Positions 56,684-64,000 of a stretch of 64,000 nucleotides of DNA are shown piece after piece; position 1 is the first letter of the stretch, and every line of letters begins with the position of its first letter. Origin of the DNA: an uncultured Rhodospirillaceae bacterium (GTDB taxonomy: Bacteria; Pseudomonadota; Alphaproteobacteria; GCA-2731375); NCBI GenBank assembly GCA_964344935.1, contig CAYFPL010000001.1, forward strand, positions 1,276,303 to 1,340,302, in the 5' to 3' direction. Both the position numbers and the translations under genes were made by a program. The notes beneath the pieces are model-generated. The model saw nothing but the letters and a program-made list of their open reading frames with translations. It ran no database searches and had not been told where the DNA came from.

Positions 56684-58666
56684 CTACGAACCCGCTGTTT
56701 GCGGTTGCGCATCGCCAATGTCTTCGGTGAGAACCTCGATCTCCTTCGAGGGAACCGACGACATCTCCATCTTGTAGGCCAGGAACCACATCATCCCGAC
56801 GCCTAGGATCCAGAACAGGATCTGCCAGGCCCAGATTGACGGGATACCGAAAGTCCAGCCTTCGACGCCGGCATCCGGCGCGCCAAAGATGGTGTTGCCG
56901 ATGACCGCGCCCGGGCCGATGCCGAAGAACAGCCAGGCCAGGGTGATGATCCAGGCAACCGGGACCAGCTTGCGCTTGTCCTCGGAGATCGCCGCATGCT
57001 CGCGCAGGAAGTCATGATACACCATGCGATGGGAACGTGACTTTTCATCCTGCGTCAGGGCCGAGACCACGATGCAGACGGCGAGGTTGAAGATCATGCC
57101 CCAACCGGCCGAATGAATGGTCCAAGGCCAACGACCCCAGGGCAGATCGCCGTATTTGCCGTCACCGTTGTAGAACAACGTATCCAAGATCGAGAGGCCG
57201 AAGTTCTCGGAGAAGATTACGGCAATAAGGCCAACCGCCAGACCCCAGGTCGCACCCTGGCGGGTGATCCATGGGAACCAGCAGATCGCCGCCAGCGATG
57301 GCCACATCTGGAAGCCGAAGGCAACCGCAAGGCCGCCCAGCAACACCAGGGCATCGGCCGAGAACGTTGCCACCAATAACGCTGCGATGACAATGAAGCA
57401 AACACCCAAACGCCCGAACAGCTTCTGCGTGGTGTGGTCGGCTGTGGGGTTCAGATAGCGCTTGTACAGATCGCGGGTCAGCATGCCGCCGGCCGTTGAC
57501 ATATACGCCGCGCCCGTCGACTGCATGGCCGCGAGGGCACAAACTGCCAACAGACCCACGAACCATGGTGCCGCATCACCGATCAGGTTGATGTAATGGG
57601 GTACCAGGCCCGCCTGCTTGTTCGCCGTCAGATCGGGGATCACCGTCGAGATGCCGGCCGCCTCGCCCACGGCTGGATTGGCGCCCAGGAAATGGGCCCC
57701 CATGCCTTGTGCCGCGGTGAAGAAGAACAGGATCAGGCCGATGCCGAACGAAGAGGCCCAGACCTGCTGCGGTGCGAACGGCCGCGGGTCGGTGTTTGAG
57801 AACGCCCACATGGAGAAGGCCGGTGCCGACTGGATGCCCATCAGGGCGAACATGTAGGTCAGGCACATGATGCCGGTCCACAAACCGCCCGTCGGTGTTT
57901 CCACCCCAAGGCCGGCAGTGAATTGGATCACACCGGGTATCGCCAGATAGGCATTATGACCCGCCGGTGTCGCCCCCCACCTTCCAAGTTCAGGGTTCTT
58001 GCCCATCGCGCCCATGGCTTCGTTGAAGGCGCCAAAGCCGCCCAAGAAGCTATAGGCAATGAAGCCGATGGAGACGATACCGAAGGCAAGGAGAACACAT
58101 TGCAAGGTGTCCACGTAGGCCACCGCTCTGAGCCCCCCGGTGGCGACATAAATCAGCACCACGGCCGACAGCACCCACATGCCGATGTCCCTGGTGATCA
58201 TGTCGTCGGTCAGGACGTTAAACAGGAAGCCCGAAGCGCCCAACTGCACGCCCAGGTACGGAATGGAGAACAGCAGCGCGACCAGGACCACGAGAATGCG
58301 GATTGCATCCCCCTGGAAATAGTCGGACAGCATTTCGCCCGGCGTGACATAGCCAAAGCGCTTGCCCAACATCCATTGCCGCTTCAAGAACATGACGCCG
58401 GTAAATGGAATGGTGATGGTGTAGAAGGACGCATAGGCGTACTGAAACCCATCACGATAAATCAGGCCCGGATGGCCCATGAAGGTCCAGCCGGAAAACG
58501 ACGTCGCCGTCGCCGCCAGAACAAAGACCCAAATCGATAATCTGCGCCCGGCAATGAAATAGTCAGACGCTGTCTTCGCGGCCATCGCGCTTTTCACACC
58601 CCAGAAGATGCAATAGCACCAATAGAGTGCCACAAACACGAAGAGCCAAACGATTTTGGCTTCCAT
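56684..58666 (-). CDS. Sodium:solute symporter (SSS) family transporter
   Basis: 660 aa, many TM helices, SSS-family similarity. Start ATG 58666 immediately after a strong GGGAGG RBS. The track ORF is extended to 58750. Confidence 0.85.
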   Translation of the reverse strand: MEAKIVWLFVFVALYWCYCIFWGVKSAMAAKTASDYFIAGRRLSIWVFVLAATATSFSGWTFMGHPGLIYRDGFQYAYASFYTITIPFTGVMFLKRQWMLGKRFGYVTPGEMLSDYFQGDAIRILVVLVALLFSIPYLGVQLGASGFLFNVLTDDMITRDIGMWVLSAVVLIYVATGGLRAVAYVDTLQCVLLAFGIVSIGFIAYSFLGGFGAFNEAMGAMGKNPELGRWGATPAGHNAYLAIPGVIQFTAGLGVETPTGGLWTGIMCLTYMFALMGIQSAPAFSMWAFSNTDPRPFAPQQVWASSFGIGLILFFFTAAQGMGAHFLGANPAVGEAAGISTVIPDLTANKQAGLVPHYINLIGDAAPWFVGLLAVCALAAMQSTGAAYMSTAGGMLTRDLYKRYLNPTADHTTQKLFGRLGVCFIVIAALLVATFSADALVLLGGLAVAFGFQMWPSLAAICWFPWITRQGATWGLAVGLIAVIFSENFGLSILDTLFYNGDGKYGDLPWGRWPWTIHSAGWGMIFNLAVCIVVSALTQDEKSRSHRMVYHDFLREHAAISEDKRKLVPVAWIITLAWLFFGIGPGAVIGNTIFGAPDAGVEGWTFGIPSIWAWQILFWILGVGMMWFLAYKMEMSSVPSKEIEVLTEDIGDAQPQTAGS

Positions 58667-59004
58667 AGATACCTCCCTAGCAAAGGGTCCCAGAAAGCCT
58701 AATGTACGTATCGCGCACCTAGCCCCAAGACCCGCAAATACCACATTCACCGATTCTTCAAACGGCCCACTTGCGCAGGCCGTTGCAAAAAGTTCGGTAC
58801 TACCTGTTACGCTTACATTGGACCTCGGGATATATCATCGAGGTGCCTGGCCGGGTTCGTCCCACCACTTTATTCTGTTTTGCCCAGCCGAGAATTCACA
58901 TCACGCGGTCCAAACCTCGTCAAGCCCAGGCGCGGACACCGTCCCGCAAGGAACTGATTCGGTGTGGAAATTTACCATTGGACATAACGCAAAGCAATCG
59001 CAAG

Positions 59005-60135
59005 TCATGCATCGCCCTTCGTCGTTTCGGGCGCGAAAGGCTGGCGCAGGCCGGCCTGTTCCAAAAGGGGCATCACCAAATCGATCCACTGTTGGCACTC
59101 CGAAAGGTAGTCGACCCACGAAATGAGCATGCCGTCGACGCCCATATCAGACAGGCGGGCGATACCATCGACGATCTGTTCCGGCGTACCGACCAGCGGG
59201 TAACCGCCGAAACCCGCCTTGAAATGAAACTTGAAGGTCTCCAATACCTCGTCTGTCAGGGTCGCGGATTGAGCGCCAAATATGCGGATCATGTTTGCCA
59301 CTGCCTGGTCGTCGCCCTGCTCAACCACATAGCGGTGCAGATAGTCGCGGGCTTCCTGTTCGGTTTCACGGCAGACAACATAGACGTGGATCCAACATTG
59401 GGAGCTTCGCCCCAGGTCCGAGGCCAAGCTTTTGAGTTGTCCAATCTGGGCCCGATCGCTGTCTTCGTCCTGTTGCCGCAACATGGCAAAATTCATGTCC
59501 GCATGCTGGGCGGAAAAGGCATGTCCGGTCACCGAACTGCCTGCGTTCATAATGGGCGGACGCGGGCTTTGCAGCGGCTTGGGCTGGCTCCACAGCCCCT
59601 TGCCTTGGAAATAGCTACCTTCGAAGTCGAACTCCTGTTCCTCGGTCCATAACCGTTTGACGAGGGTCAGCCATTCGGCGGCGTAGTCGTAGCGTTCCTC
59701 GTGCGGGGCGAGGTGAAGACCGAACATGTCGAATTCGTCCTGATACCATCCCGCGACGAGGTTGAGGGCAAAGCGGCCGCCCGAGACATGATCGATCGTC
59801 GATGCCATCTTGGCGGCGGCCACGGGGTGGATCACGGGCGCGTGCACGGTCGCGAATATGGTGCTGTATGTCGTCACCGCCGACACCGCGGCGGCCCAAG
59901 TCAGGGTTTCGTAGGTACGGTTGTTAAAATTGCTCTCGCCGCCATAACCCTTCCATCGGCCCACGGGCAAAAGAGCCTCCATACCCGCTTGGTCCGCCAT
60001 TTTCGCCAGGGCCAAATTGTCCTCCCAAGTCATGGCCCAGGCTTCATCGACGTTCGTAACGGTGGAGCCGTGAGAACAATTAAAGGCCATAACGCCGAGT
60101 TTGACGGGATTATCGCCCAAGAGAGCATTGGTCAT
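59005..60135 (-). CDS. LLM-class flavin-dependent monooxygenase (luciferase-like)
   Basis: 376 aa with luciferase-like monooxygenase family similarity. Confidence 0.8.
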   Translation of the reverse strand: MTNALLGDNPVKLGVMAFNCSHGSTVTNVDEAWAMTWEDNLALAKMADQAGMEALLPVGRWKGYGGESNFNNRTYETLTWAAAVSAVTTYSTIFATVHAPVIHPVAAAKMASTIDHVSGGRFALNLVAGWYQDEFDMFGLHLAPHEERYDYAAEWLTLVKRLWTEEQEFDFEGSYFQGKGLWSQPKPLQSPRPPIMNAGSSVTGHAFSAQHADMNFAMLRQQDEDSDRAQIGQLKSLASDLGRSSQCWIHVYVVCRETEQEARDYLHRYVVEQGDDQAVANMIRIFGAQSATLTDEVLETFKFHFKAGFGGYPLVGTPEQIVDGIARLSDMGVDGMLISWVDYLSECQQWIDLVMPLLEQAGLRQPFAPETTKGDA

Positions 60136-60232
60136 GTTGGTTACCCAGATACAACGTCCGATGGCGGGCCTTGCGATAGCCCTTGCTGCGTATCACAATA
60201 ACACCAATCACCTCGCAACCGGGAAGGTCGAT

Positions 60233-61081
60233 ATGGCGAAGCGTCTGACCGAAAGCCAGATCAAACACTATGAGCAGGAGGGCTATGTCTATCCGATCCC
60301 CGTCCTGACACCGGAAGAAGTGCGCGCGGCGCGGGGCGAGATCGAAGCGTTCGAGGCCAAGACCGGCAAAACCCTGGATTATCCGGAAAAATCAAAATCC
60401 TACCTGCTTTTCGACTGGGCCGACCGCCTTGTGCGCCATCCAGCTGTCCTGGACGCTGTCGAGGATCTGATCGGGCCGGACATCCTGGTCTACCACACCA
60501 CCATGTGGATCAAGGATGTGGACTCGCCGGGTTATATCCTTTGGCATCAGGACGGAACCTACTTCTTTCTCGATCAACCCCTGCATGTCACCGCCTGGGT
60601 GGCCCTGTCCGATGCCAGCGTGGAGGCCGGCTGTATGCACGTCCTGCCAGGCAGCCACACGATGGGGCAGCTTGCCCATCAGGACGATCCAGGGGAACAC
60701 AACCTAATCCTGCGCGGCCAGGCCATCTTTGGCCGTTTTGAAGATGAAGTGGGGGTGCCGATGCCCCTGAAGGCGGGAGAAATGTCCCTGCACAATACCA
60801 ACCTGGTCCATTGCTCGCGCCCCAACCAGGCCGCCGACCGGCGCATGGGTTTCGGTATCAGCTATATCCCGGCACACGTGCGTGATGTGGGTGCGCCGCC
60901 GGGATCCGCCATGCTGGTCAGAGGCCGCGATCACGGAAACTTCCGGCCCGAGGAACGCATCGGCGGCGCCCTGAGCCAGGAAGCCTACGCCAACCACGAA
61001 GCTCTGATGACTGCATTTCGTGCCCGCCAGGATGCCGGCGCCCAAATCGGCCGCGATGTGAGCTACAGCGAAGTTTCCTGA
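60233..61081 (+). CDS. Phytanoyl-CoA dioxygenase (PhyH) family Fe(II)/2-oxoglutarate-dependent oxygenase
   Basis: Start ATG 60233 (MAKRLTESQIKHYEQEGY) after GGGAAGG. The HxD...H facial-triad context is present (WHQDGTYF ... HCSRPN). Confidence 0.8.
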   Translation: MAKRLTESQIKHYEQEGYVYPIPVLTPEEVRAARGEIEAFEAKTGKTLDYPEKSKSYLLFDWADRLVRHPAVLDAVEDLIGPDILVYHTTMWIKDVDSPGYILWHQDGTYFFLDQPLHVTAWVALSDASVEAGCMHVLPGSHTMGQLAHQDDPGEHNLILRGQAIFGRFEDEVGVPMPLKAGEMSLHNTNLVHCSRPNQAADRRMGFGISYIPAHVRDVGAPPGSAMLVRGRDHGNFRPEERIGGALSQEAYANHEALMTAFRARQDAGAQIGRDVSYSEVS

Positions 61082-61106
61082 CGCCAGGCTGATCCCCGTC
61101 TCGGAC

Positions 61107-61373
61107 CTATCCCGCGCGTCCCTCGTTCTCGGCCGCGGCAATCGCCCTTTCGAGTGCCTTGCTTAGCGCCTTGGCGGATTCCAATGTCAACTCCACACCG
61201 GCGCGCGCGCCCGCCCCCTGGTCGGGATCGATGAAGTCGATGGCGATGGCCTCATCAATAAAGGCGAATTGGGGGTGGTCATAAGAGACAACCGCCTTCG
61301 AAACAGGGAACCATCGGTTGCCATCCTTGCCCGAACCCTCGGCTTCCACGATCTCCACGATTGACGTACACAT
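61107..61373 (-). CDS. Small conserved hypothetical protein
   Basis: 88 aa, acidic. Co-directional with the dienelactone hydrolase gene, 5 nt downstream of it. No family confidently recognised. Confidence 0.45.
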   Translation of the reverse strand: MCTSIVEIVEAEGSGKDGNRWFPVSKAVVSYDHPQFAFIDEAIAIDFIDPDQGAGARAGVELTLESAKALSKALERAIAAAENEGRAG

Positions 61374-61378
61374 CCACC

Positions 61379-62125
61379 CTACCCCGCCAAATGCTTTTCG
61401 AAAAACGTGAAGACTTTCTCCCAGCCGTCCTGGGCTTGCTCGATACGGTACATGGGACGGTGATAGTAGAAGAAACCGTGCCCGGCATCGTCGTACCGGT
61501 GGAACTCGTAATCCTTGCCATGCTTCTTCAACTCGGCCTCATGCAGGTCCACCTGCTCCGGACTGGGCGCGGGGTCATCATTGCCGAACAGGCCCAGCAA
61601 GGGGCAGGAAAGATCCTTGGTGTAATCAATCGGCGGCACCGGCTGTTTCTCCGGCCGGTCGTCCTCGGCCTGCACCACGCGGCCGCCCCATAGATCGATG
61701 ACGGCATCGATGTTGTTGGATCTGCAGGCGTAAAGATAGGCATGCCGGCCGCCCGAACAGCTGCCGATGAGGCCGACCTTGCCATTGCAATATGGCTGCG
61801 CGCGCAACCATTCCACGGCACCGCTGGTATCGCCGATGACCTGGTCGTCGGCAACGCCGCCTTCGGCTCTTACTTTCGCCGCCACATCCTCGGCGCTGCC
61901 CTCGCCGGAACGGTGATAGAGGTTGTGGCTGATTGCGGCATAGCCATGGTGAGCGAAGCGGCGGGTCGCCTCGCGGTACCATTCGTCCCAGCCCGGCAGA
62001 TGGTGGATCAAGACCACGCCGGGAAACGGACCAGGACCAAGTGGCCGTGCCACATAGGCCGATATGGGCTCGCTGTTATGCCCGTTGATGGACAGTGTTT
62101 CGGCAATCATTCCTTCGTATGCCAT
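61379..62125 (-). CDS. Dienelactone hydrolase family protein
   Basis: DLH-family similarity (GVVLIHHLPGWDEW, GLIGSCSGG). Start ATG 62125 after GGGGGAG. Confidence 0.8.
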   Translation of the reverse strand: MAYEGMIAETLSINGHNSEPISAYVARPLGPGPFPGVVLIHHLPGWDEWYREATRRFAHHGYAAISHNLYHRSGEGSAEDVAAKVRAEGGVADDQVIGDTSGAVEWLRAQPYCNGKVGLIGSCSGGRHAYLYACRSNNIDAVIDLWGGRVVQAEDDRPEKQPVPPIDYTKDLSCPLLGLFGNDDPAPSPEQVDLHEAELKKHGKDYEFHRYDDAGHGFFYYHRPMYRIEQAQDGWEKVFTFFEKHLAG

Positions 62126-62190
62126 GGTCTCCCCCTTCTCATATGTCAGCAAGAATTCACTCTAGTTTGCAGAGGAACTTCCAGCGGTGG

Positions 62191-63024
62191 TCAATGGCTG
62201 GGCTTGGTCGAATACGGCGTCAATTGAAGCTCGTGGGTCCAGCAGGATCGATCCTGAGTATGCAGATAATAGAATGCCTCGGCGATCTTAACCGGATTCA
62301 TCACGATCTCTGGCCGCTCTTGTGCTTTCGGCAAGGAACGTGTTCCCGGTGAATCGATCAGGCCGTCGATCACCACGTTCGCCACATGCACACCATGTTC
62401 GGAGTATTCCTCCGTCAGGACCTGGGCCAGGGTGCGCATCATGCCCCTTGGGTAATAAAGCGACTCGCCGGTATTACGCTTGCGCCCACGCAGGGAAGAG
62501 CTGTTATTGGAAATGAGAAAGGTTCCCATACCCTTCTGGCGCATGGCTGGCAGGACCTCCTTGGCCACCATGAAGGGACCGCGGCTGGAAACGTGCTGCG
62601 CGGTCTCGAACATCTCCAACGGAATGTATTCCAGCAGTTCATTCCCTGGCGGCAAATCGCGGCCATCCAGATAGCCGGCGTTGTAAACCAGGACGTCCGG
62701 GTCACCGGCTTCGCGGCGGATTTCCGCGAAAGCGGCAGCAACCGATTGTTCCGAAACCAGATCCAATTCAACGGTCATGCATTCACCGCCCTGCTCCTGG
62801 ATGGCATCGGAGAGCGCGGCGGCATTGGCCGTGGTGCGGGTTGTCAGGACGACGAAGAAACCTTCCTGGGCGAATTTCTGCGCAATGGCGCCGCCGACAC
62901 CCCAACGCACGCCTGGCGGAAATTCGCTGTCATCGACGGCTTGGCCGTGCGCCAATTTTGTCATCCGGCCATCGGCCTGCCATTTGGTGGTGGCGCCCAC
63001 CACCACCGCGACCTGCTTATCCAT
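62191..63024 (-). CDS. Short-chain dehydrogenase/reductase (SDR) family oxidoreductase
   Basis: N-terminal VAVVVGATTKW Rossmann-like motif. Start ATG 63024 after AGAGGTGG. The track ORF begins at a GTG at 63033. Confidence 0.7.
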   Translation of the reverse strand: MDKQVAVVVGATTKWQADGRMTKLAHGQAVDDSEFPPGVRWGVGGAIAQKFAQEGFFVVLTTRTTANAAALSDAIQEQGGECMTVELDLVSEQSVAAAFAEIRREAGDPDVLVYNAGYLDGRDLPPGNELLEYIPLEMFETAQHVSSRGPFMVAKEVLPAMRQKGMGTFLISNNSSSLRGRKRNTGESLYYPRGMMRTLAQVLTEEYSEHGVHVANVVIDGLIDSPGTRSLPKAQERPEIVMNPVKIAEAFYYLHTQDRSCWTHELQLTPYSTKPSH

Positions 63025-63299
63025 CACAACCACCTCTGATTGGTTCCCATACCACCTGAATTGAGGTCCGCCTGAATGAAATTGTCAATTCATCCAACGA
63101 AAACCCGGCAACCACGAAAAGTTGATGTTCGCCCAGGGTCCGTTGGCATCCTGGCACATAGCCCGATCTGTGATCGGCGATGGCAGCGTCCCCTGCGGCC
63201 GCTACTTGACCACGGGGGCCATCCAATTCCACAATTCCGGGCACAAACAACGGCGGCGGGAAAACGCGCCTTCAATACTTCTGCCGGGAGTGGCGAATC

Positions 63300-63983
63300 A
63301 TGGCTAAGGTATCCTTGAATTGGGTTTTGGGATTGCTTCTCATCGCCGGCCTGGCCAGCATTGGGCCGCGGCCGGTGCCTGCCAGCACCGAACGCACATT
63401 GGCCTGGGAAGATCTGATGCCGCCGGAAACGGATCTGCGGGCTCCCTTCAAGCATCTTTCGCAAGTGCAGATCTCTGATTTGTACGAACTGCACAAAATG
63501 CATAGCTGGCGCCGCACCGATGGCGGCAAGAACGATACTGCCGTGAGCGGGCAGATCGACGAGTTAACTGCCAAGCTGACGGCGCAGGACCTGGATGTCG
63601 CGGCCCTCTTGAAGAAAATGGCTGATGCCCTGGACGAATACAAGAAGCAGCAATCGACGCCGGTTGCCGGCCTGAATGGCGAAATGGTCCGCCTGCCGGG
63701 CTATGTCCTGCCGCTGGAGTTCGGCGGTCAGGCGGTCAGCGAATTCTTTCTGGTGCCTTATGTGGGCGCCTGCATTCATACGCCGCCGCCACCGGCCAAT
63801 CAGATCGTGCTGGTGAAGCTTAAGCAAAGCTACAAGGTAAGCGGGCTTTACGATGCCGTCTGGGTGACCGGACGCCTGAAGGTGGTCGAGAATAAGCGCC
63901 AGTTGGGTTATCGCGACGGCGTGGGCCGGGTTGCGTCCACCTATGAAATCGAAGGTATGAAGATCGTACCCTACGAAAATTGA
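63300..63983 (+). CDS. Secreted DUF3299-like protein
   Basis: N-terminal signal peptide (VSLNWVLGLLLIAGLASIG). Conserved VPYVGACIHTPPPPANQ motif, reminiscent of DUF3299-type proteins. Confidence 0.6.
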   Translation: MAKVSLNWVLGLLLIAGLASIGPRPVPASTERTLAWEDLMPPETDLRAPFKHLSQVQISDLYELHKMHSWRRTDGGKNDTAVSGQIDELTAKLTAQDLDVAALLKKMADALDEYKKQQSTPVAGLNGEMVRLPGYVLPLEFGGQAVSEFFLVPYVGACIHTPPPPANQIVLVKLKQSYKVSGLYDAVWVTGRLKVVENKRQLGYRDGVGRVASTYEIEGMKIVPYEN

Positions 63984-64000
63984 GTAGGACGGCAGCGCCG

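Noticed and set aside
58840-58880. tRNA-like T-arm motif GGGTTCGTCCC in the long leader
   Set aside because: The flanking sequence does not form acceptor, D or anticodon stems. No tRNA cloverleaf can be drawn.
63076-63318. 80-aa plus-strand ORF in the SDR/DUF3299 intergenic region
   Set aside because: No RBS, basic low-complexity sequence. It runs into the DUF3299 start. It more likely reflects promoter DNA.
1-64000. Searched for CRISPR arrays, IS elements, integrases, phage genes and defence-system ATPases/nucleases
   Set aside because: No direct-repeat arrays, terminal inverted repeats with transposase ORFs, or recombinase-like ORFs were seen. Gene content is uniformly metabolic.

Overview
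High-GC (about 65%) bacterial chromosomal segment, probably alphaproteobacterial, made almost entirely of tightly packed catabolic operons. I found no rRNA, tRNA, CRISPR array, integrase or transposase. About 58 coding regions are supportable. Many have stop/start overlaps (ATGA, GTGA), which indicates translational coupling.

Main blocks:
- 1-10.5 kb: two of the window's three hydantoinase/oxoprolinase A/B pairs, an AMP-dependent ligase, an unusual tandem family III CoA-transferase and a double-hotdog MaoC hydratase. An 18-bp perfect palindrome sits in front of the minus-strand operon (1878-10472).
- 10.5-19 kb: a small operon of MBL-fold hydrolase, CMD-family protein and 3-hydroxyacid dehydrogenase, divergent from panE; an enolase-superfamily gene; pyruvate carboxylase; a crotonase.
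- 19.3-25.8 kb: a plus-strand operon of D-aminoacylase-like amidohydrolase, luciferase-like oxidoreductase, ABM monooxygenase, pcaH, pcaG, pcaB and a second luciferase-like oxidoreductase. It lacks pcaC/pcaD.
- 25.8-45.3 kb: a complete purine-catabolism locus. It holds uraH, xdhABC, a BMP-type nucleoside ABC transporter, the membrane urate hydroxylase puuD, uraD, guaD, puuE and a terminal NTF2-like gene. It also has an M20 hydrolase, allantoate amidohydrolase, an RpiR regulator and adenine deaminase, with a palindrome-rich divergent promoter.
- 46.2-53.4 kb: a ThDP enzyme, a third hydantoinase A/B pair, a class IV aminotransferase and an alpha/beta hydrolase. This operon is divergent from a carotenoid/lignostilbene-type cleavage oxygenase.
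- The distal part holds small membrane and TPR proteins, an SSS symporter with a 338-bp leader and a strong terminator, and luciferase-like, PhyH, dienelactone-hydrolase, SDR and DUF3299-like genes.

The most novel-looking content is the set of uncharacterised hydantoinase-family ATP-dependent enzyme pairs wired to CoA-activation enzymes and an aminotransferase. Also notable are the fused CoA-transferase and the non-canonical pcaHGB operon.
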